A stretch of 64,000 bases of DNA from Candidatus Aldehydirespiratoraceae bacterium (GCA_965214565.1 OZ243951.1:2740888-2804887), one strand, 5' to 3'; shown: positions 19,884 through 30,377, counted from the stretch's first letter. Made by a program: numbers and translations. Notes: generated from the sequence alone by a model not told the origin.

Positions 19884-20692
19884 GCGCAGCTCCGATCCTC
19901 ATAGTGCACGCTTCGGGCACGAACCGCGACGGCGATGCCGCCCAGGCGGTCGAACTGGCCGGGGGCAGCGCGCGAATCGTGCACGTCAATCAACTGCGCC
20001 GGGGCGATGTGACCTTCGCCGACCATGCGGGCGTGTTGATCCCTGGAGGGTTCTCCTACGGCGACTCGCTCGGTGCCGGGCAGAGGCTGGCGTTGGAGCT
20101 TCGGCTGTGGTTCGCCCACGAGCTGTCCGATGTGGTCGCAGCGGGAAAGCCGGTACTGGGAATCTGCAACGGATTCCAAGTGCTGGTCAAGGCCGGACTG
20201 TTGGGAGGGGTGTCGGAGAATCTCCCCGCGGCCGAAAACCGACAGGTGACGCTCACCGACAACTCGCGCGGCCGCTTCGAATGTCGCTGGGTCACGCTGC
20301 GAGTGGAACCTACAGTTCGCAGCACCTGGCTGGGATCGATCAGAGACACGATCATCCGCTGTCCCATTGCACACGGCGAGGGCCGGTTCGTCAGCGCCGA
20401 TGAGTCCGTGAGCGCCGAATTGGAGGCGCAGGGTCTCGTTGCGTTCAGGTATCAGGACTCTGGCGCGACACCGGTCTTAAGGCCGGACTCTGTGAGACCC
20501 GCATCCGGGGTCTACCCCGCCAACCCCAATGGTTCTGTAGCTGACATAGCCGGGATCTGCGATCACAGCGGAGCCGTAGTGGGGCTGATGCCCCATCCAG
20601 AGGACCATGTTCTGGACTGGCAGCGACCCAACGGCGATCCGGGTGCAACAGGGTTGCCGTTGTTCAAGGCTTTCGTGGCGGCGGCTCGGTGA
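19880..20692 (+). CDS. purQ: Phosphoribosylformylglycinamidine synthase glutaminase subunit PurQ
   Basis: GGFSYGD, the GICNGFQ nucleophile elbow, and HPE near the C-terminus. The start overlaps the purL stop. Confidence 0.93.
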   Translation: MSAAPILIVHASGTNRDGDAAQAVELAGGSARIVHVNQLRRGDVTFADHAGVLIPGGFSYGDSLGAGQRLALELRLWFAHELSDVVAAGKPVLGICNGFQVLVKAGLLGGVSENLPAAENRQVTLTDNSRGRFECRWVTLRVEPTVRSTWLGSIRDTIIRCPIAHGEGRFVSADESVSAELEAQGLVAFRYQDSGATPVLRPDSVRPASGVYPANPNGSVADIAGICDHSGAVVGLMPHPEDHVLDWQRPNGDPGATGLPLFKAFVAAAR

Positions 20693-21654
20693 TGCTCGAC
20701 CTGACCCCTGCTGAGGAGTCTCCCTTCGAGGGTCTCGACGCGCAGGCATTGGCCGATATCGGACCGCTTCGACGCGGCAAGGTGAGAGACGTCATCGATC
20801 TGGGCGACCGACTGGTGATGGTGACCACGGACCGTGTATCGGCTTTCGACCGGGTCCTCGGAACGGTGCCCTTCAGGGGTCAAATCCTCAACGAACTCTC
20901 GGCGTGGTGGTTCGAGGAGCTCTCCGACATCGTGGCATCGCATGTTGTTGCGGTGCCCGACCCCAACGTCACCGTTGCGCGGGCGTGTCGAACCCTGCCG
21001 GTCGAGGTGGTCGTGAGAGACCGTCTCACCGGTACCACCTCCACCGCTCTGTGGACGCAGTATGACGCAGGACACCGCCAGATATACGGCATGACGTTCG
21101 CCGACGGGATGAGGAAGAACGAACAGCTTCGGTGCCCGATCATCACTCCAACCACCAAAGCCGCCGACGGGGAGCACGACACGCCGATAACCGAGACCGA
21201 GATCGTTGCCGACGGCTTGGTCGACGGCGGGCGCTGGGAGGAGGTACGGACCGTTGCGCTAGAGATGTTCGAGCGCGGCAGAACCGTCGCGGCGGCCGCC
21301 GGTCTGGTCCTAGTCGACACGAAGTACGAGTTCGGACTCGACATCGATGACCGGCTCACCGTGATCGACGAGGTTCACACCCCCGACAGCTCGCGTTACT
21401 GGCGCGCGTCGAGCCTGCAGGAGCGTCTCGCTGCCGGGCTCGAACCCGAGAACCTCGACAAGGAGGTCATTCGACTCGACTACGTCGCGCGGGGCTACCG
21501 TGGCGACGGCGAGCCCCCTTTACTCGACTCAGCCCTGGCGAGCCGCGTGGCCCACGTCTATGCGGAGACCTTCGAGCTGCTCACCAATGCCCCGCTCTCA
21601 GCGGCCGCTTACCCTGTGGGCCCCCGCGTAGAAGCAGCTATAAGGGCGATCTGA
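20689..21654 (+). CDS. purC: Phosphoribosylaminoimidazole-succinocarboxamide synthase
   Basis: GKVRD, TDRVSAFD, LVDTKYEFG and DEVHTPDSSRYW motifs. Confidence 0.93.
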   Translation: MMLDLTPAEESPFEGLDAQALADIGPLRRGKVRDVIDLGDRLVMVTTDRVSAFDRVLGTVPFRGQILNELSAWWFEELSDIVASHVVAVPDPNVTVARACRTLPVEVVVRDRLTGTTSTALWTQYDAGHRQIYGMTFADGMRKNEQLRCPIITPTTKAADGEHDTPITETEIVADGLVDGGRWEEVRTVALEMFERGRTVAAAAGLVLVDTKYEFGLDIDDRLTVIDEVHTPDSSRYWRASSLQERLAAGLEPENLDKEVIRLDYVARGYRGDGEPPLLDSALASRVAHVYAETFELLTNAPLSAAAYPVGPRVEAAIRAI

Positions 21655-21724
21655 AGACATCCACCGCGGGAAGGTGCGGTCCTGTCAGGATGGCTCCGTG
21701 GGGAAGCAGGCAAGGATTTGAGGC

Positions 21725-22216
21725 GTGGATTCTGATCCGCTGGTAGGCGTCATCATGGGCAGCGAATCTGACTGGGAGACGATGCGCTGCGCGGCAGATG
21801 TGTTGACCGATTTTGGGGTTCCGCACGAGTGCCGGGTGGTGTCGGCACACCGGACCCCCGAGGACATGAACGAATACTCGGCATCTGCGGAGGTGCGGGG
21901 TTTGCAGGCGATAATCGCGGGTGCTGGAGGGGCCGCTCACCTGCCGGGAATGGTTGCGTCGCACACGCTGGTTCCGGTCATCGGGGTGCCTATCAAGAGC
22001 CGTGCACTCAACGGAATGGACTCTCTGCTGTCGATCGTGCAGATGCCCGCAGGTGTTCCGGTCGCGACAATGGCGATCGGACCGGCGGGAGCGACCAACG
22101 CCGGGCTCTTCGCGGTGGCGATGCTCGCCGGCGGTGACCGGTCCTTGCTCGACCAGCTGCGCTCGCGACGCGCCGAGCAGGCAGCCCGCGTCCGATCGAG
22201 TGAACTAGAGCGGTGA
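21725..22216 (+). CDS. purE: N5-carboxyaminoimidazole ribonucleotide mutase
   Basis: [14 protein letters not shown] and [10 protein letters not shown] motifs. Confidence 0.95.
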   Translation: MDSDPLVGVIMGSESDWETMRCAADVLTDFGVPHECRVVSAHRTPEDMNEYSASAEVRGLQAIIAGAGGAAHLPGMVASHTLVPVIGVPIKSRALNGMDSLLSIVQMPAGVPVATMAIGPAGATNAGLFAVAMLAGGDRSLLDQLRSRRAEQAARVRSSELER

Positions 22217-23382
22217 CATCGGCACAGACACTCTTGCCAAAGGCGCAGGTGCCGCTCCCGCCCGGGTCCACGGTCGGGGTTGTCGGCGGTGGTCAACTGG
22301 GGCGGATGTTGGGCTATGCGGCCCACCAACACGGATACCGGGTGGCGGTGCTGACCGGCGGAGACAGGGACACCCCAGCGGGCGGGGTTGCCGAAGTCGA
22401 GATCGCCGCCAGGTTCGACGACGAGGCCGCCATTGCGCGTCTGGTGACAGAATCCGACGTGATCACCTGGGAATTCGAGAATGTCGACGTCGGGATCGCC
22501 GACGCGGCGAACAGCGCCGGGGTGGAGGTTCGTCCGAGCGGTGAGATAGTCGCCACAGCCCAAGACCGCCGTGCAGAAAAGGAGGCTCTGACTGCCGCAG
22601 GTGTTGCGGTGGCCCCCTGGCGCTCCGCAGAAAGCGAGTCGGAGCTCGTGTCCGCTGTTCATGAGCTCGGGTTTCCGGTCATCGCCAAAGCCGCACGCTT
22701 CGGCTACGACGGCAAGGGACAGGCTCGGATCGAGCGGAGCACCGAGATAGCGGACGTTTGGCGGCGATTGGGCACTCAACGAGTGGTGGTCGAGTCGGTT
22801 GTGGCGTTCGAGAGAGAGCTGTCGGTGATTGTGGCACGCTCCCATAATGGGGAGATCGCAGACCATGGCGTAATGGAGAACCATCACGTCGACCACATCC
22901 TCGACAGCACCATCACTGCGGCGCGCCTCAACCCAGGGCGTTTCGACGAGGCCACCACCATTGCGGCGCGGATCGCCAACGAGTGGGGACTGGTCGGTGT
23001 GTTGTGCGTCGAGATGTTCGACGCTGCTGACGGATTGGTCGTCAACGAGGTGGCGCCGCGCCCGCACAACTCCGGGCACTGCACTATTGAGGCGTCACCA
23101 ACCAGCCAGTTCGAGCAGCAACTCCGCGCCGTGGTTGGAATGCCGCTGGGCGACGGGCGTTGCCGACCCGCCGCGATGGTGCAACTTCTCGGTGACCTTT
23201 TCGCAGAAGGCGCCCCCGACTGGTCGCCGGTCTTTGCGCAGAGCGGAGTGCACCTTCACCTTTACGGCAAACGCGAAGCTCGAAAGGGTCGAAAGATGGG
23301 CCATCTGACCGCTGTGGGCGACGACCCGTACGTCCTGTTGGATAGAGTGAGCGCCTTGCGGCAGGCTCTGCGCGACCGGTGA
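22213..23382 (+). CDS. purK: N5-carboxyaminoimidazole ribonucleotide synthase
   Basis: [15 protein letters not shown]-grasp core, [13 protein letters not shown], and GRKMGH near the C-terminus. Overlaps the purE stop. Confidence 0.93.
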   Translation: MTSAQTLLPKAQVPLPPGSTVGVVGGGQLGRMLGYAAHQHGYRVAVLTGGDRDTPAGGVAEVEIAARFDDEAAIARLVTESDVITWEFENVDVGIADAANSAGVEVRPSGEIVATAQDRRAEKEALTAAGVAVAPWRSAESESELVSAVHELGFPVIAKAARFGYDGKGQARIERSTEIADVWRRLGTQRVVVESVVAFERELSVIVARSHNGEIADHGVMENHHVDHILDSTITAARLNPGRFDEATTIAARIANEWGLVGVLCVEMFDAADGLVVNEVAPRPHNSGHCTIEASPTSQFEQQLRAVVGMPLGDGRCRPAAMVQLLGDLFAEGAPDWSPVFAQSGVHLHLYGKREARKGRKMGHLTAVGDDPYVLLDRVSALRQALRDR

Positions 23383-24812
23383 TTTCTGTGTTGAGCGGAG
23401 CTGACGACCTTCACGAGGAGTGCGGCGTGGTCGGGATCCACGCGGCAGGCTCCGACGCAGCGAGGTTGGCGTTCTTCGCGCTCCACACGCTTCAGCACCG
23501 CGGTCAGGAGGCTGCCGGGATCGCCACCACCAGAGACGGCGTGGCCCACATGCACAAGGGACTGGGACTCGTCGCCAGCGTCTTCAATGAGGAGAATCTG
23601 GCGACCCTTCGGGGCGACCTGGCCATTGGCCATACCCGTTATTCGACCACCGGCGGATCGGGGCTGCGCAACGCCCAACCTCAACTGATTGAGACCCTCG
23701 ACGGCCCACTCGGCTTGGCACACAACGGCAACCTCGTCAATGCGCACATGCTGCGCCGTGAACTGCTGGAGCGGGGAGTCGGACTGCAGACGTCGAGCGA
23801 CACCGAGGTCATGGTCCACCTGCTCACCGGCGCGTCCGGAGACTGGATGGAGCGGATCCAGACTCTCATGTCGCGTGTCGAGGGTGCCTATGCGCTCACG
23901 ATCCTGACCCGTGACGCCGTTTACGGCGTGCGCGACCCGTGGGGGTTGAGGCCGCTGGTCATTGGGGCTGTCGACGGTGGCCATGTACTCGCGTCGGAGA
24001 CTTGCGTCTTCTCAACCATCGGCGCCGAGTTCGTACGCGAGGTAGAGCCCGGTGAAGTTGTCCGACTGAGCGACTCAGGTCTTTCTGCACGGCAGGGGGT
24101 GTCTGCCAAGAACCGGGCATTGTGCACCTTCGAACAGATCTACTTCTCTCGACCCGATTCGATCTGCGACGGCAACCTGGTGCACTCAACGAGGCAACGG
24201 CTGGGTCGTGAACTGGCCTCAGAAGCGCCGGTCGACGCCGACCTGGTGGTGTCGGTCCCAGACTCGGGCACACCGCACGCAGTCGGGTTCGCTCAACAGA
24301 CGGGGATCCCCTACACCGAGGGACTCATCAAGAACCGTTATGTGGGACGTACCTTCATCGAGCCGACACAGCAGCTTCGAGCGGCCCGCGTGGCGATGAA
24401 GTTCAATCCTCTGGCCGAGAACGTGGCCGACAAGCGAGTGGTCCTGGTTGACGACTCGATCGTACGCGGCACCACATCGGGCCCGTTGGTCAAGATGCTG
24501 CGCAACGCTGGAGCGCTCGAAGTGCACCTCCGTGTTGCGTGCCCGGCGATCGTCAGCCCCTGTTACATGGGTGTCGACATGGCCAGCAAGGATGAACTGA
24601 TTGCCGCGCATCGATCAGTCGAGGAGATTTGCGATCACATCGGAGCGGACTCGCTGGCATTCTTGTCTATTGGGGCGATGATGCGTGCCCTCGGCTCGGA
24701 CAACGGCTACTGCAACGCTTGCTTCACCGGGATCTATCCGTTCGAGTCGATGCGCTTCGTGCAGCTCAGCTTGAATCCCAAAGAAGAGTTCTCATCGGTC
24801 TGGAGCGATTAG
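23379..24812 (+). CDS. purF: Amidophosphoribosyltransferase
   Basis: The ECGVVGI Ntn nucleophile follows a short propeptide. It also has HTRYSTTG and the PRPP loop VVLVDDSIVRGTT. Confidence 0.95.
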   Translation: MISVLSGADDLHEECGVVGIHAAGSDAARLAFFALHTLQHRGQEAAGIATTRDGVAHMHKGLGLVASVFNEENLATLRGDLAIGHTRYSTTGGSGLRNAQPQLIETLDGPLGLAHNGNLVNAHMLRRELLERGVGLQTSSDTEVMVHLLTGASGDWMERIQTLMSRVEGAYALTILTRDAVYGVRDPWGLRPLVIGAVDGGHVLASETCVFSTIGAEFVREVEPGEVVRLSDSGLSARQGVSAKNRALCTFEQIYFSRPDSICDGNLVHSTRQRLGRELASEAPVDADLVVSVPDSGTPHAVGFAQQTGIPYTEGLIKNRYVGRTFIEPTQQLRAARVAMKFNPLAENVADKRVVLVDDSIVRGTTSGPLVKMLRNAGALEVHLRVACPAIVSPCYMGVDMASKDELIAAHRSVEEICDHIGADSLAFLSIGAMMRALGSDNGYCNACFTGIYPFESMRFVQLSLNPKEEFSSVWSD

Positions 24813-24817
24813 CAGAC

Positions 24818-26095
24818 ATGTCGGCGAGGCTGTTGGTTGTCGGCGGCGGTGGCCGCGAACACGCCATTGCCGCGACCTTGGCCAAATCCCCCCGGGTCGC
24901 TGAGGTGGTTGTCGCGCCGGGCAATGCCGGGACGGCGACGGAGCACAAATGCCGGAATGTGGATCTGGCCCCGACCGAGCTGTCACCGATAGTGGAGTTC
25001 GCCCTGGCCGAAAGTGTCGACATGGTCGTGGTCGGTCCCGAGGACCCCTTGGTTGCGGGACTCGTTGATGTGTTGAATGAAGCGGGCGTGGCAGCCTTCG
25101 GTCCGAGCGCGGCGGCCGCCGCGCTGGAGGGCTCCAAATCGCACTGCAAGGAGTTTTTGCTCGACAACGGAATTCCCACAGCCGACGCGGCGGCGTTTGA
25201 CGACGCTGCGGCCGCGCTCGAACATCTTGAGGGCATGGCGGCTGTGCCGGTCGTCAAGGCCACCGGTCTTGCCGCCGGGAAGGGGGTGATCGTCGCGGAG
25301 ACCACCGCCGAAGCGGCCGATGCGATCACCTCGATGCTGGTTGAGGACCGCTTCGGGGAAGCGGGTCACGAGATTCTGCTCGAAGAACGCCTGGTCGGCA
25401 CGGAGGTGTCGGTCCTGGCCTTCTGTGACGGCAGAGACTTCCGGGTCATGCCCCCCGCCCAGGACCACAAGCGCCTGCTGGCTGGCGACCACGGACCCAA
25501 CACCGGCGGAATGGGAGCATTTCATCCTTCGCCGATCGCTGACGAGGCGTTGATTGAGCAGGTCGGCAGGGAGGTCCTGGCACCGACTCTGGCTGGGTTG
25601 GCACGCCAGGGTCGGCCGTACCGGGGCGTGCTCTATGCGGGCATGATGCTCACAGAGTCGGGGCCGAAAGTCATCGAGTTCAACTGCCGATTCGGTGATC
25701 CTGAGACTCAGGTTGTTCTGCCTCTGCTCGAATCGGACCTGTATGAGATATTCGAGGCGTGCTGTGCGGGGGACCTGTCAGCCACCGACATCGTTTGGAG
25801 CGATAGCGCCGCGGTGACCGTTGTGATGGCATCGCAGGGTTACCCGGTGCGAAGCAGCGCCCCGGTTGCGATCGAGGGCCTCGAAGCCGCGGCCGCGAGC
25901 GGCTGCAAGGTGTTCCACGCCGGTACTGCCGTGCGTGAGGGACAGCCTCACACCGCGGGAGGAAGGGTGCTGGCGGTGACAGCTCTTGCACCCGAACTGA
26001 GCGAAGCGTCGACGGCTGCCTACAAAGGAGTTGCTGCGGTCTCGTTCTCGGGTTCCCAGTTCCGTCCCGATATCGGCGGTGGGGTCGGGATGTGA
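24818..26095 (+). CDS. purD: Phosphoribosylamine--glycine ligase
   Basis: LLVVGGGGREHAIA, GPNTGGMGA and EFNCRFGDPE motifs. I placed the start at ATG 24818, just after the purF stop. Confidence 0.95.
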   Translation: MSARLLVVGGGGREHAIAATLAKSPRVAEVVVAPGNAGTATEHKCRNVDLAPTELSPIVEFALAESVDMVVVGPEDPLVAGLVDVLNEAGVAAFGPSAAAAALEGSKSHCKEFLLDNGIPTADAAAFDDAAAALEHLEGMAAVPVVKATGLAAGKGVIVAETTAEAADAITSMLVEDRFGEAGHEILLEERLVGTEVSVLAFCDGRDFRVMPPAQDHKRLLAGDHGPNTGGMGAFHPSPIADEALIEQVGREVLAPTLAGLARQGRPYRGVLYAGMMLTESGPKVIEFNCRFGDPETQVVLPLLESDLYEIFEACCAGDLSATDIVWSDSAAVTVVMASQGYPVRSSAPVAIEGLEAAAASGCKVFHAGTAVREGQPHTAGGRVLAVTALAPELSEASTAAYKGVAAVSFSGSQFRPDIGGGVGM

Positions 26096-27090
26096 AGAGT
26101 TACCGCGAGGCCGGGGTGGACATCGACGCCGGAAACCGGACCGTCGAGTTGTTGGCCGAGGCGGTGTCCTCCACTGCGACCCCGGCGGTGCTCTCGGAGC
26201 TCGGAGCGTTCGGCGGACTGTTCGCGGCCGATGAGCTTGGACCGGGAAAGGTGTTGGTGGCTTCCACCGACGGCGTGGGTACCAAGGTTGAACTGGCGGC
26301 GCGTCACCAGCGCTTCAAGGGCTTGGGCGTCGACCTCGTGAATCATTGCGTCAACGACATCCTGGTCCAGGGTGCGCGCCCGCTCTTCTTCCTCGATTAC
26401 ATTGCCACGGCTTCTTTGGTGCCTGAGATCGTGCTCGAGATCGTCACCGGGATGAGCGAAGCCTGCAGGGCAGTGGAGTGTGCGCTGCTGGGCGGCGAGA
26501 CCGCGGAGATGCCCGGCGTCTATATGCCGGGTGCGACAGACGTCGCCGGCACGATCGTCGGGGTGGCCGACCGCGGCGCTCTGTGGCCGCAGACCGAGCA
26601 GCTCAGTGCCGGTGACCTGCTGGTGGGACTGGCCAGTGACAGCCCCCACACCAACGGTTATTCGCTGATTCGCCTCCTGCTTGAACAGCACGAGCCCGAG
26701 GCGGAGATGCTCGAGTTCTTGTTGACTCCCCATCGTTGCTACCTCCGCGACATTGAATTCCTGCAGGGTGAGGGGGTTCGCCCCAAGGCGCTGGCCCACA
26801 TAACCGGCGGGGGAGTGATCGAGAACCTCCCCCGGGTCCTGCCCGACGAACTGAGCGCTCGGGTCGACCTCGGCGCGTGGCAGGTGCCGAGGGCGTTCCG
26901 CACCTTGGTGCAGTGGGCGGAACTTGCCGATGATGAGGCTTTTCGAGTCTGGAACATGGGAATCGGCATGGTCGTGGTCGTTGATCGGGCGCAGCAGCGC
27001 CAGATCGACGAACTCGGTCTGGTCACTGTCGGGCATCTGGTCGCCTCCGAGGGCTCCGAGCGGGTACGCCTTGACGGAGATTGGCGTTGA
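26092..27090 (+). CDS. purM: Phosphoribosylformylglycinamidine cyclo-ligase (AIR synthetase)
   Basis: SYREAGVDIDAGN, STDGVGTK, DLVNHCVNDI and GGETAEMPG motifs. Confidence 0.95.
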   Translation: MKSYREAGVDIDAGNRTVELLAEAVSSTATPAVLSELGAFGGLFAADELGPGKVLVASTDGVGTKVELAARHQRFKGLGVDLVNHCVNDILVQGARPLFFLDYIATASLVPEIVLEIVTGMSEACRAVECALLGGETAEMPGVYMPGATDVAGTIVGVADRGALWPQTEQLSAGDLLVGLASDSPHTNGYSLIRLLLEQHEPEAEMLEFLLTPHRCYLRDIEFLQGEGVRPKALAHITGGGVIENLPRVLPDELSARVDLGAWQVPRAFRTLVQWAELADDEAFRVWNMGIGMVVVVDRAQQRQIDELGLVTVGHLVASEGSERVRLDGDWR

Positions 27091-27698
27091 CACGACGCAT
27101 CGTGGTCCTCGCGTCGGGCGCCGGGTCGAATCTGCAGGCATTGATCGACGCGGTCGACGACGGGCGCCTCGACGCACAGATCGTCGCGGTCATCGTGAAC
27201 CGACGCAGCGCGTTCGCGAAAGAGCGGGCCGCATCAAACAATATCGCTACAGAGTTCTTCGGTTTGCGGCCCTACTTGGACGACCATGACGACCCCTTGG
27301 AAGCGCGTCGTCGTTACGACGCAGATCTGGCGGAAACGGTTCTGGGCCACCGCCCCGACCTGGTTGTGCTCGCCGGCTGGATGCATCTGTTCACCATGGG
27401 TTTCCTGAGTTCCTTCGGCGGTCGGGTCATCAACCTGCACCCGGCGCTTCCGGGTGAGTTCCCCGGCCCGAACGCGATCGACGATGCCTGGAATGCGCAC
27501 CTCACCGATGGTCTCGACCGCACCGGAGTGATGGTTCATCTGGTGCCTGACGAGGGTGTCGACAACGGGCCGGTACTGGCAACCGAGGTAGTGCCGATTG
27601 CGCTCGACGACGACCGCGAGCGTCTCGAAGCCCGGATCCACGCCGTTGAACACGATCTTCTCGTCCGTGCGGTCGCCGACTTTCTGGAGGGGCTGTGA
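27081..27698 (+). CDS. purN: Phosphoribosylglycinamide formyltransferase
   Basis: VVLASGAGSNLQAL, VINLHPALPG and GVMVHLV motifs. TTG start overlapping the end of purM. Confidence 0.93.
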   Translation: MALTRRIVVLASGAGSNLQALIDAVDDGRLDAQIVAVIVNRRSAFAKERAASNNIATEFFGLRPYLDDHDDPLEARRRYDADLAETVLGHRPDLVVLAGWMHLFTMGFLSSFGGRVINLHPALPGEFPGPNAIDDAWNAHLTDGLDRTGVMVHLVPDEGVDNGPVLATEVVPIALDDDRERLEARIHAVEHDLLVRAVADFLEGL

Positions 27699-28603
27699 AC
27701 GCCCCGCCTGAGCCCTCGGAGCGTGCCGGTCTGGCGATGTGGCTGGCCGGGGCGCGTCCGCGCACGCTCGTCGCAGCGATCGTGCCGGTGGCTGTCGGGG
27801 CGGCAGTGGCGGTGGGGCACAGCGACGACACACAATGGTGGCGCGCGGGCACAGCACTGATTGTCGCTCTGGCGCTGCAGGTGGGGGTCAACTTCGCCAA
27901 CGACTACTCCGACGGGATCCGCGGCACCGACGGCAGCAGCCGAATCGGGCCGGTGCGGTTGGTCGGCTCCGGATCTGTGAGCCCCGCGCTCGTGAAGCGG
28001 GCTGCTCTGGGGGCATTCGCTACAGCAGGATTGTTCGGCTTGCTGTTGGCGCTGGTCGTCGGTCCCGAACTGCTCGTCGTCGGTGTTCTCTGCGTGGCCG
28101 CGGCATGGACCTACACCGGCGGGCCCCGCCCCTACGGCTACCGGGCCCTTGGCGAGGTGTCGGTGTTCGTGTTCTTCGGGCTGGTGGCGACCATGGGCAC
28201 GAGCTACGTGCTGACCGATAACATCGACGGACTGGCGGCGAGTTCCTCGGTGGTGGTCGGACTGTGGGCCACTGCGTTGTTGGTGATCAACAATCTCCGC
28301 GACATTCCCGGCGACAGTGCCTCCGGCAAGATCACCCTGGCGGTTCGGCTCGGAGATGCTCGTACCCGCCACCTCTTCACAGCCATGCAGGCCGCGGCGA
28401 TGTTGATCGCGGTGTTGATAACCGTGTTGACGGGCCGGTTCGCAGTGGCCGCTCTGGTTGGTCTTCCGTTCGCGGTTCACGCAGTCGGCTCGGTTCGCCG
28501 CAAAGCGACGGGGTCGGAGCTCATCGCGGTGTTGGCCGCCACCGGTCGGGTTCAGCTCATTGCCGGCTTGGCCATGGCACTGGGAATCGCCCTGACCGGT
28601 TAA
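27695..28603 (+). CDS. menA: 1,4-dihydroxy-2-naphthoate polyprenyltransferase (UbiA superfamily)
   Basis: NDYSDGIRGTD and NNLRDIPGD aspartate-rich motifs, and multiple TM segments. The GTG start overlaps the purN stop (GTGA). Confidence 0.9.
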   Translation: MNAPPEPSERAGLAMWLAGARPRTLVAAIVPVAVGAAVAVGHSDDTQWWRAGTALIVALALQVGVNFANDYSDGIRGTDGSSRIGPVRLVGSGSVSPALVKRAALGAFATAGLFGLLLALVVGPELLVVGVLCVAAAWTYTGGPRPYGYRALGEVSVFVFFGLVATMGTSYVLTDNIDGLAASSSVVVGLWATALLVINNLRDIPGDSASGKITLAVRLGDARTRHLFTAMQAAAMLIAVLITVLTGRFAVAALVGLPFAVHAVGSVRRKATGSELIAVLAATGRVQLIAGLAMALGIALTG

Positions 28604-28612
28604 ACGCCCCGC

Positions 28613-28981
28613 CTACTCGCTCGGCGTCTGAGCGGCTCGCTGGTTGAGTTCGATCTGGTTGCCGGCGGGGTCACAGAAGAAGGCTTGACGACAGACGCCT
28701 GCAATGTCGATGATGGCGCTGACATCGACGCCTCCGGCACCCAACTCGGCCGCGGCCGCTTCGATGTCGTCAACCTTGAGCGCGAAGTGGGGTCCCGGAG
28801 TCGATGGCACTGGAAGTTCGACCAGATGGAGTTCTTGGGGTCCCATCTGCAACCAACAGCCTCCGATCCCCAGATCTGGCCGGTCGATCGGCTCGAAGCC
28901 CAAGACGTCGACATAGAACGAGCGGTTCGTCTCCACATCGTCGACATTGATCGAAACGTGGTGCACACCGTGATGACGCAT
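28613..28981 (-). CDS. VOC (glyoxalase/bleomycin-resistance/dioxygenase) family protein
   Basis: HHVSINVDDVETNRSFYVDVLGF is a typical VOC beta-alpha-beta-beta-beta start. 122 aa. Confidence 0.8.
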   Translation of the reverse strand: MRHHGVHHVSINVDDVETNRSFYVDVLGFEPIDRPDLGIGGCWLQMGPQELHLVELPVPSTPGPHFALKVDDIEAAAAELGAGGVDVSAIIDIAGVCRQAFFCDPAGNQIELNQRAAQTPSE

Positions 28982-28990
28982 GTGTGGACT

Positions 28991-29683
28991 CTAGCCCCCG
29001 CGGGTCGCGGTGATCAGATGGGCGCCGACGAAGACGCGCCTCTCGATGTCGGCGAATCCCGCAGCGTACAGTTGCCCTCTGAGGTCGGGCCACGCCGGCA
29101 TGTAGGCCAGCGACCTCGGCAGGTAGGTGTATGCCGCTCGATCGGAGAGCAGCGCACCGATGCGCGGAACGATCTTCTGGAAGTAGGTCCGATGACCCCG
29201 GCGCAGCACTGAGTTCTCGGGCTCGGCAGCGTCGAGCAGAGAGATCCTTCCGCCGTGGCGGATCACCCGCGACAACTCGGCAAAGAAACCGGGCAGTTCG
29301 ACGAGGTTGCGCAACGCGAACCCGCATACGGCTCCGTCGACGGCACCATCGGAGATCGGCAGGGCCAGCACATCACCCTGCAACAGCGGCGCTTGGGTGC
29401 GAGCGGCTGCCAGCATGCCCATCGAGAGGTCGATTCCGATCGGCACCATGCCGACCCGAGATGTCTCGCGACAGAAGTCGCCCGTGCCGCAGGCCAGATC
29501 GAGAACGACTGATCCGGCATTGAGATCCAGAGCAGAGACGGCCCTGCGTCGCCAACGCACATCGAGGCCGAAGGTGATCACCCGGTTGACCAGGTCGTAT
29601 CGCCCGGCGATGCTGTCGAAGAGCGACCGGACTGCGTCGCGCTTCTCGTCGCCCTCGGGCAGGTTCTCGGGGTCGATCGTCAC
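28991..29683 (-). CDS. menG: Demethylmenaquinone/ubiquinone methyltransferase (class I SAM-MTase)
   Basis: FDSIAGRYDLVNRVITFG, the VLDLACGTGD SAM motif, and YTYLPRS near the C-terminus. I chose the GTG start at 29683, just after the upstream gene's stop. The ORF is open up to 29767. Confidence 0.85.
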   Translation of the reverse strand: MTIDPENLPEGDEKRDAVRSLFDSIAGRYDLVNRVITFGLDVRWRRRAVSALDLNAGSVVLDLACGTGDFCRETSRVGMVPIGIDLSMGMLAAARTQAPLLQGDVLALPISDGAVDGAVCGFALRNLVELPGFFAELSRVIRHGGRISLLDAAEPENSVLRRGHRTYFQKIVPRIGALLSDRAAYTYLPRSLAYMPAWPDLRGQLYAAGFADIERRVFVGAHLITATRGG

Positions 29684-29690
29684 AACAGCG

Positions 29691-30377
29691 TCAGCTGGCG
29701 AGCTGGTACGCGCGGTCAGTGTGGTGACGGCTGAACCCGATGGCCGCATAGGTGGCATTGGCCGCATGGTTGTCGGACTCCACGTACAGCATCCCGACCC
29801 CCAACCCCTGCGCGCTGAGCCATTCGAGGCCCGCCAGCGTCATGGACTTGCCGAGCCCTCGACCGTGGTGGTCCGGGTCGACCGCGATCACATAGATCTC
29901 GCCGAGTTCGGGATCAGTGTCTCGGTGGATCTTGGTCCAACAGAAGCCGATCAACCTGTCGTCGTCGTGAAGCAGCCGGAAGCCGTCGGCATCGAACCAG
30001 GGTTCGGCCATGGTCTGGCGGGCCGCATCGGCGGTGAGCCCGCCCTGTTCGGGGTGCCAGTGAAACGCCCGATTATTGACCGCCACGAAGGCGTCTATGT
30101 CGGTTTCATTGAAGGCCCTCGTGTCGATGCCCGATGGGTGGTTAGGGAGGTCGCAACGCAGCTGCCAGAGATCGCGGTAGGCGACGAATCCCAACTCTGT
30201 TGCGATCGCGTGGCTCGGTTCGTCAACCTCACGCAACCAGAGTTGGACGGTTTCATCACGGTGCTGCGTAAGCCAGTCGGTGAGCTCTGCATGCAGATTG
30301 AGTTCGTGTCGATCCTCCGAGACGGCCAGCGACCATCGGAAGTCGCCTGATTTCGGTCCCTCGATGGTAAACGTCAC
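29691..30377 (-). CDS. mshD: GNAT acetyltransferase, mycothiol synthase (MshD)-like, with a short N-terminal domain
   Basis: AFVAVNNRAFHWHPEQG, GFCWTKIH, GEIYVIAVDPDHHGRGLG and MLYVESDNHAANATY resemble the MshD C-terminal GNAT domain. I placed the start at GTG 30377 because the longer ORF would overlap the divergent nth. Confidence 0.6.
   Translation of the reverse strand: MTFTIEGPKSGDFRWSLAVSEDRHELNLHAELTDWLTQHRDETVQLWLREVDEPSHAIATELGFVAYRDLWQLRCDLPNHPSGIDTRAFNETDIDAFVAVNNRAFHWHPEQGGLTADAARQTMAEPWFDADGFRLLHDDDRLIGFCWTKIHRDTDPELGEIYVIAVDPDHHGRGLGKSMTLAGLEWLSAQGLGVGMLYVESDNHAANATYAAIGFSRHHTDRAYQLAS

Noticed and set aside
21937-23079. 380-aa minus-strand ORF antisense to purE/purK
   Set aside because: It is a shadow ORF opposite two clearly identified genes and spans their junction. 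Its composition is low-complexity and Arg/Pro-rich.
26020-27177. 385-aa minus-strand ORF antisense to purM
   Set aside because: It is a shadow ORF. purM on the plus strand has all of its signature motifs.
29307-30350. 347-aa plus-strand ORF antisense to menG and the MshD-like gene
   Set aside because: It is a shadow ORF crossing two real minus-strand genes.
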